64,000 bases of DNA, from assembly GCA_037441385.1 (NCBI GenBank), contig JBBISH010000001.1, positions 64,001-128,000 of the forward strand, written 5' to 3'. The number at the start of each line of letters is the position of its first letter. Positions within the stretch are counted from its first letter, which is position 1. Origin of the DNA: Myxococcales bacterium (lineage in GTDB: Bacteria > Myxococcota_A > UBA9042). The translations under genes were made by a program, and so were the position numbers. Shown here one piece after another: positions 58,491 through 64,000 of the stretch. The notes beneath the pieces were generated by a model that did not search any database, was not told the DNA's origin, and worked only from the letters and a program-made list of their open reading frames with translations.

Positions 58491-61400
58491 ATGCTGGGAC
58501 ACGGCGGGTGGGTTGCACGCCCCTTTGGTACAGGCGGGGCCAAAATCCCAGCGCGCGGCGGCCGACTTGCACTGGCCTGGATGCTGTCCTGGACGCTGGC
58601 CTGGACAGGGCTGGTCTTTGGCGGCTGTGGCAGCGATCCCACGCCGACCTCGGCCGACCTCGCGGCCCAAGCCAGCGACATCACTTCGACGGACACCCCA
58701 GCCCCAGCCGACACCAGCGCCGCCGACGTCGCGCTGGCCGATGCCGCGTCGGTCGAGTGTCTGTCGGCCGCCGACTGCGCGGCCCCGGCCAACCCCTGCC
58801 TGGTGGCGCAGTGCAGTGCGGGCAAGTGCACAGAAGCACCTGCCGTTACTGGCGTTTGCGAAGACGGCGATCCTTGCACCGTCGCCGACCACTGCAGCAG
58901 CGGCCAATGCGTCCCAGGCCTGGACGTGTGCGCGTGCCATAGCGACGCCGAGTGCCCCGACGACGGCAACGCCTGCAACGGCAAGCCGATTTGCGACACG
59001 GCGATCTTGCCCCACGTCTGCCGAGTGCCACTAGAAACCGTCCCCAATTGTTCCAGCGACGCGGACAGCGAGTGCAGCAAGAACGCCTGCAACTCAGAGA
59101 CGGGCGCATGTGGCATGGCAGCCGTTGAACATACACTGCTGATGTGCTCGGCCAGCGGCTGCGTCCGCGTCATGACGACCGCGCTGATGGCCGCTGGAGT
59201 CTGCGACGACGGCAATCCGTGCACGGCCGGCGACGTGTGCAAAGGGGGCCAGTGCAAGGCGGGCCTGGATGTCTGCAACTGCAGCAGCGACGCGGACTGC
59301 CCAGACGATGGCAACTTGTGCAACGGCGTAGCCTATTGCGACAAAGCCAAGCTGCCGTGGTCCTGCCACCTCAAACCATTCAGCAAAGTGGTCTGCAGCA
59401 CGGGCGGGGACTCGGCCTGCCTAAGAAACGTGTGCGATCCCACCAAAGGCGAGTGCTCGCTGCAGCCCAGCGAGAATTTGACCTGGACCTGCGCCGACGG
59501 CAACTGCGCCTGGGCCGTTTTGCCGCCCGGCAGCCCCACTTCCAGCGTAGCGTGTAGCGATGGAAACGCCTGCACCAGCGGCGATTTCTGCGCGAGCGGC
59601 GCGTGCAAGGCGGGCCAAGAAAGCTGCAGTTGCAGCAGCGACGCCGACTGCGCCGCCCAAGAAGACGGCGACGTCTGCAACGGCACACTGTTCTGCAACA
59701 AAGCGACCGGGGCCTGCCAGCTCAACCCCGCCACCGTCATCCAGTGCCCCACCGCCGACGACACGGCCTGCCAAAAGAACGTCTGCTACCCCAAAACGGG
59801 CGTCTGCCAGCCCGCGTCCGTAGAGAAAACCACCCAAGTTTGCGACGGCAACGTGTGCACCTGGCACCTTTTGCCGCCGGGCAGCCCTTCGCCGGGCTCG
59901 GTTTGGTGCGACGACGGCAACCCCTGCACCCAAGGCGAGGCCTGCATCGCCGGCCAATGCGCAGGCGGGACGAACACTTGCGCCTGCAAGAGCGACGCCG
60001 ACTGCAAAGGTTTGGACGACGGCGATCTGTGCAACGGCGTCATGTACTGCGACAAAGCCAAGCTGACCTGCGTGTTGAACCCGGCCAGCGTCAAGCCCTG
60101 CCCCACGGTGGGCGACACGGCCTGCCAAAAGAACGCCTGCCAACCCCTGACCGGCCTGTGCAGCGCCACACCCGTGGGCAAGGTCAAGCAAGCCTGCGTC
60201 GCCCTGCCCGACAGCAGCACCGTCTGCGTGATCGAGGTCAAGGCCGACGCCGAGACCCAGGGCATCGTCTGCGACGACGGCGATCCCTGCACGGCCGGCG
60301 AAGTCTGCGAGGCCGGCGCCTGCACGGGCGGCAAGAAGACCTGCACCTGCAAGACCGACAGCGATTGCGCCGGGTTAGAAGACGGAGACGCCTGCAACGG
60401 CACGCTGTACTGCAACAAACAAACCGGCGACTGCGCCTGGAACCCGGCGACGGTGGTCAGCTGCCCCTCGGCCGCGGACACGGTCTGCCTCAAGAACGCC
60501 TGCGACCCCAGCAGCGGCCAATGCGTGGCCAAAGCCGTGGAGCTGACCAAGAAAGTCTGCGATGTGCAAAGCGGTTGCCGGCTGGAGGTCAGCCTGGCCG
60601 GCAGCCCCACCAGCACCTGCGAAGACGGCGACCCGTGCACCAAGGGCGACGTATGCGGCGCGGGCCAATGCCAGTCCGGCGTTTTTGTCTGCGAATGCGC
60701 AAGCAGCGCCGATTGCGCCAAGAAGGACGACGGCAACCTGTGCAACGGTGTGGCATTTTGCGACAAGAGTGTGGCAGGAAGTCCCACTTGTGCGGCCAAC
60801 CCGGCCTCGGTCGTCGTGTGCCCGGCCACCGGCGAGCTCTGCGTGGGCAACACCTGCGACCCCGCCACCGGCAAGTGCGGCAAAGTGGCCGCCAACGAGA
60901 AGAAATCGTGTGACGACGGCACCTTGTGCACCACGGCCGACCAATGCACTGGCGGCCAGTGTCTGGGCACGGCGATCGACTGCAACGACGCAAGTGCTTG
61001 TACCAACGACAGTTGCTCGCCGCAAACCGGCTGCGTCCATGTGGGCAGCAACTGCGACGACGGCAACGGCTGCACGGCCGACCTTTGCGACGCCAAATCG
61101 GGCTTGTGCGTGCACGACGCCACCAGCCTCACCGCCAAAGCGTGCAGCGACGGCGACCCTTGCACCCTGAGCGACTCCTGCCAGGCCGGCACTTGCACGT
61201 CGGGCGCACCCGTGATCTGCCCGGCCACCAGCAAGCCCTGCACGGTGCCGGTGTGTGTGGCCCAGCCTGGCGCGACCTACCAGTGCGTCACCGCGCTGGC
61301 CAAAGACGGCGCGGCCTGCGGAGATGGCAAAGCGTGCACGTTGGACGCCACCTGCCAGGCGGGGACGTGCAAACCGGGCACGGTAGAGCGCTTGGGTTTT

Positions 61401-63962
61401 GCTCAGTTGGACGATCCCACGCTGGCCAACTTGCGCTGGACCACGGCGACGCCCACGGACGACGGTGGGCTGTGGGCGGGCGGTATGACCTGGTCGGGCA
61501 CCCCGGCGGGCACCAACATCGGCGCCGGCAGCTACTGGATCGGCCACTTGTCGGCCGCAGCCAAGCCCACCGGCAAAGTCCTGATGACGACTATGTTTGG
61601 CAGCATCCCCGACCGCAACTGGCTGACGCTGAGCGCCACCGGCGACGGCGGGGTGTTGGTGGCCGGCACCGTGGCGACCCCCAACGGGTCGGGCGGCAAC
61701 CTCCCGCAAAAGCCGTTCATTTCCAAGGTAACCGCCGCCGGCGTCCAGTGGACCAAGCTCTACGGCGTCACCGCCGAGATCGAATTCTGCACGGCCGCCA
61801 GCCTAAGTGACGGCGGCACCTCGTGGCTGGCCGGCTCGCGAACCGTGGGCGGAATCGCCAAGTTGATGATCATCCAAGTGGCGCCGACCTGGCAGACGGT
61901 TTGGACCAAGCTCTACGATGTGGGCAGCACTTCTGCAGAGGTTTCGCGGGTCCAGGCGCGGCCCGGCGGCGGTTTGGTGGTGTTCGGTTGGCGCAACGAC
62001 CCCGGCGGAGCGATGCCCTTTGCGGTCGCGGTGGACGCGTCCGGCACCTTGGTCTGGGTCAACAGCTACCCCACCAGCGACTCCACCTGGACCGGCCGCA
62101 CCTTCCAGGGCGCTGCCGCTACCTCCGACGGCGCCTGGTTGGTCGTCGGCGACGAGCGCTCGGGCACGAACCGCCGCGGCTGGTGGGGCGAGATCACCAG
62201 CAAGGGCGAGTTGGTGTGGAACGAAAGCTCGGGCAACCCCGGACGCTGGATGGACATTCAATCGGACGGCCTGGACCACTTCGCCGTGGCGGGCAGCTAC
62301 CAGCCGGTGGGTGCAACGGCGCCAGTCGCGTGGCTGCAGGGGCTGGACCGGCGCGGCAACGGCCAATGGGCGGCCCAGCAGGCCAGCGCCGACATCTGGC
62401 CCGGGGTGGCCACGGCCAAGCTGGGCGGCTGGTGGCCCGTGGGCGGCCAAGATGCGCCCGGAGCCGCGGGTTGGATCGGCCTGAGCCAACGGGTGGATCC
62501 GTGGGGCCACGCCAGCTGCAACGAAGCCGGGGTCTGCGCCACTGCCCAGGCCAGCGACTGCGACGACGGCAACACCTGCACGGTGGATAGCTGTGACGCC
62601 AGCAAGGGTTGCAAGGTCACCGCGGTCGAGAAGCTGCGCTGCCAGCCCACCGACAGTTGTTCGGGCATGGGCAGCTGCACCCAAGGCAAGTGTCCGCAGA
62701 CCGATCAAGGGCGCCTCTACAGCGCGGCCATTCACGGCGGCGGCACCACCTTCTACGCCGCAGCCACCCAGGCGAACGGCAGCACGCTGGTGGGCGGCAC
62801 CACCGCCGGCCCCAAAGCCGTGTTGGTGCGTCTGGACGACGCGGGGCACGAGGTCTGGAGCGACGTGCTCATGTTGGGGCCAGCGGGGAGCTTGGACTAC
62901 GCCTATGTCCACAGCATCGTGCCCACTCCCGACGGTGGCTTCTTCGTCGGCGCCTCGGGCCGCTTGGGCAGCATGAACTATGACGGCAACGTGGGTGGCC
63001 CAGAGCGCTACCGCCGACTGCGCAAGTACTCGGCCAGCAACGTGATCACCTTTGACGAATGGTCGGGCGACGACTACCCCAACAACGCGAACAACCAGAA
63101 AGAGGGCGACGACGTGGTGGATGAGGGCGACGGCACCTACATCTGGCTCAGCCGCGAAGGCGACAAGCCCAACGCGACCAAGCTGAACCAAGTTGGAACG
63201 TACCTGTACTCGGTTGCGCCCTACATCCCGCCCTACGATGGCACCGGGATCACCAACTACGCCTGGGATCTGCGGGGCGCTGCCGCGCCCAATGCCCAGA
63301 CCTGGGTGGGCGGCTTCCGCCGCTCGGCCGACACGCGCTACGGCTGGCTGTCCAAGTTGAGTTCGAACGGCACGATCTTGTTCCAAAAGGATTCCGTGCA
63401 GATCATGACTGGCTGGACGGGCGCCTACATCCGCGACATGGAACCAGCACCCAATGGCGGCGTGTACGTGCTGTTCCGCATGGTCAATCCCGCGGGAGCG
63501 ATGACACCGCGCCTGGCCAGGTACGACGCCAACGGCAATGGCAACTGGCAGATCGACCTGGGCGACGACGCCTACTACAACGCGTGGGCGCTGGTTGGGC
63601 GATCCGATGGCGACGTGTGGGTGGTCTCGGAGGCCCAGAAGAACGGCTACAGCATCCCGTGCATCGACGTGCGCAACCCCAGCGCGCTGCGCCGCTATCG
63701 CTTCTTCCTGCCCGGAAGTGGCTCGCTCTTCGCGGCCACGACAGCGGGTTGGGGCGACATCGTGGGCGCCGGCCGCATCGCCGACTTCAGCAATGGCCTG
63801 GTGATCCGCGCCACCGCCTGGGGCCAGACGGGCTGCGCCGCTGCGGGAGCCTGCGCAAGCAAAGCGCCGGTCACGTGCGACGACGGCATCGCGTGCACCA
63901 TCGACCTGTGCGCCCCCAGCACGGGCGCGTGCAGCCACACCAACCTGCCGTCCTGCCTCTAG
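58491..63962 (+). CDS. Giant cysteine-rich repeat lipoprotein with two beta-propeller-like domains (~1800 aa)
   Basis: Lipobox FGGC (start may be ATG 58581). Six 14/16-Cys repeats shared with 7882..10629, then two Trp/Gly-rich beta-repeat domains each closed by 'WG...C..AG.CA...CDDG'. Confidence 0.85.
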   Translation: MLGHGGWVARPFGTGGAKIPARGGRLALAWMLSWTLAWTGLVFGGCGSDPTPTSADLAAQASDITSTDTPAPADTSAADVALADAASVECLSAADCAAPANPCLVAQCSAGKCTEAPAVTGVCEDGDPCTVADHCSSGQCVPGLDVCACHSDAECPDDGNACNGKPICDTAILPHVCRVPLETVPNCSSDADSECSKNACNSETGACGMAAVEHTLLMCSASGCVRVMTTALMAAGVCDDGNPCTAGDVCKGGQCKAGLDVCNCSSDADCPDDGNLCNGVAYCDKAKLPWSCHLKPFSKVVCSTGGDSACLRNVCDPTKGECSLQPSENLTWTCADGNCAWAVLPPGSPTSSVACSDGNACTSGDFCASGACKAGQESCSCSSDADCAAQEDGDVCNGTLFCNKATGACQLNPATVIQCPTADDTACQKNVCYPKTGVCQPASVEKTTQVCDGNVCTWHLLPPGSPSPGSVWCDDGNPCTQGEACIAGQCAGGTNTCACKSDADCKGLDDGDLCNGVMYCDKAKLTCVLNPASVKPCPTVGDTACQKNACQPLTGLCSATPVGKVKQACVALPDSSTVCVIEVKADAETQGIVCDDGDPCTAGEVCEAGACTGGKKTCTCKTDSDCAGLEDGDACNGTLYCNKQTGDCAWNPATVVSCPSAADTVCLKNACDPSSGQCVAKAVELTKKVCDVQSGCRLEVSLAGSPTSTCEDGDPCTKGDVCGAGQCQSGVFVCECASSADCAKKDDGNLCNGVAFCDKSVAGSPTCAANPASVVVCPATGELCVGNTCDPATGKCGKVAANEKKSCDDGTLCTTADQCTGGQCLGTAIDCNDASACTNDSCSPQTGCVHVGSNCDDGNGCTADLCDAKSGLCVHDATSLTAKACSDGDPCTLSDSCQAGTCTSGAPVICPATSKPCTVPVCVAQPGATYQCVTALAKDGAACGDGKACTLDATCQAGTCKPGTVERLGFAQLDDPTLANLRWTTATPTDDGGLWAGGMTWSGTPAGTNIGAGSYWIGHLSAAAKPTGKVLMTTMFGSIPDRNWLTLSATGDGGVLVAGTVATPNGSGGNLPQKPFISKVTAAGVQWTKLYGVTAEIEFCTAASLSDGGTSWLAGSRTVGGIAKLMIIQVAPTWQTVWTKLYDVGSTSAEVSRVQARPGGGLVVFGWRNDPGGAMPFAVAVDASGTLVWVNSYPTSDSTWTGRTFQGAAATSDGAWLVVGDERSGTNRRGWWGEITSKGELVWNESSGNPGRWMDIQSDGLDHFAVAGSYQPVGATAPVAWLQGLDRRGNGQWAAQQASADIWPGVATAKLGGWWPVGGQDAPGAAGWIGLSQRVDPWGHASCNEAGVCATAQASDCDDGNTCTVDSCDASKGCKVTAVEKLRCQPTDSCSGMGSCTQGKCPQTDQGRLYSAAIHGGGTTFYAAATQANGSTLVGGTTAGPKAVLVRLDDAGHEVWSDVLMLGPAGSLDYAYVHSIVPTPDGGFFVGASGRLGSMNYDGNVGGPERYRRLRKYSASNVITFDEWSGDDYPNNANNQKEGDDVVDEGDGTYIWLSREGDKPNATKLNQVGTYLYSVAPYIPPYDGTGITNYAWDLRGAAAPNAQTWVGGFRRSADTRYGWLSKLSSNGTILFQKDSVQIMTGWTGAYIRDMEPAPNGGVYVLFRMVNPAGAMTPRLARYDANGNGNWQIDLGDDAYYNAWALVGRSDGDVWVVSEAQKNGYSIPCIDVRNPSALRRYRFFLPGSGSLFAATTAGWGDIVGAGRIADFSNGLVIRATAWGQTGCAAAGACASKAPVTCDDGIACTIDLCAPSTGACSHTNLPSCL

Positions 63963-64000
63963 ATCTGGTCCAGGCCGTCCAGGCGCGCCACGAGCCACGG

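Overview
High-GC bacterial chromosomal window with about 50 genes. The gene content (Cys-rich 'CDDGNPCT' lipoproteins, a Ser/Thr kinase, a secreted caspase, MoxR/DUF58/BatA) points to a Myxococcota/deltaproteobacterial-type genome; this is an inference. Recognisable parts are a MoxR-DUF58-BatA/VWA operon, an S9 peptidase, a GH31 hydrolase, a PhaC-like hydrolase, speD, a PhoB/PhoR-like pair, a large caa3-type (A1) cytochrome c oxidase operon with assembly factors (CtaG, YtkA-like, SCO, SURF1, heme O synthase), groES-groEL and a RidA-family gene. I saw no rRNA, tRNA, CRISPR array, transposase or integrase. Five things stand out. (1) A lipoprotein that appears to be only the periplasmic headpiece of a CusA/AcrB-type RND pump, with all transmembrane helices absent, translationally coupled to a helical lipoprotein and a FadL/OmpP1-like outer-membrane channel (31166-36492). 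(2) The oxidase operon has subunit IV fused to a CcoP-like cytochrome c, a MauG/MbnH-type diheme enzyme between the YtkA-like and SCO genes, and a hyper-acidic ORF coupled to heme O synthase. (3) Two giant lipoproteins share a ~95-120 aa repeat with 14 or 16 Cys. (4) MITE-like ends sit on TAG stop codons, and one pair forms ~45-bp inverted repeats around a 3.8-kb cargo. (5) An Smr-like protein lacks its signature motifs. All family calls come from motif recognition by eye, not database searches; many start codons were chosen from Shine-Dalgarno or stop-overlap evidence.
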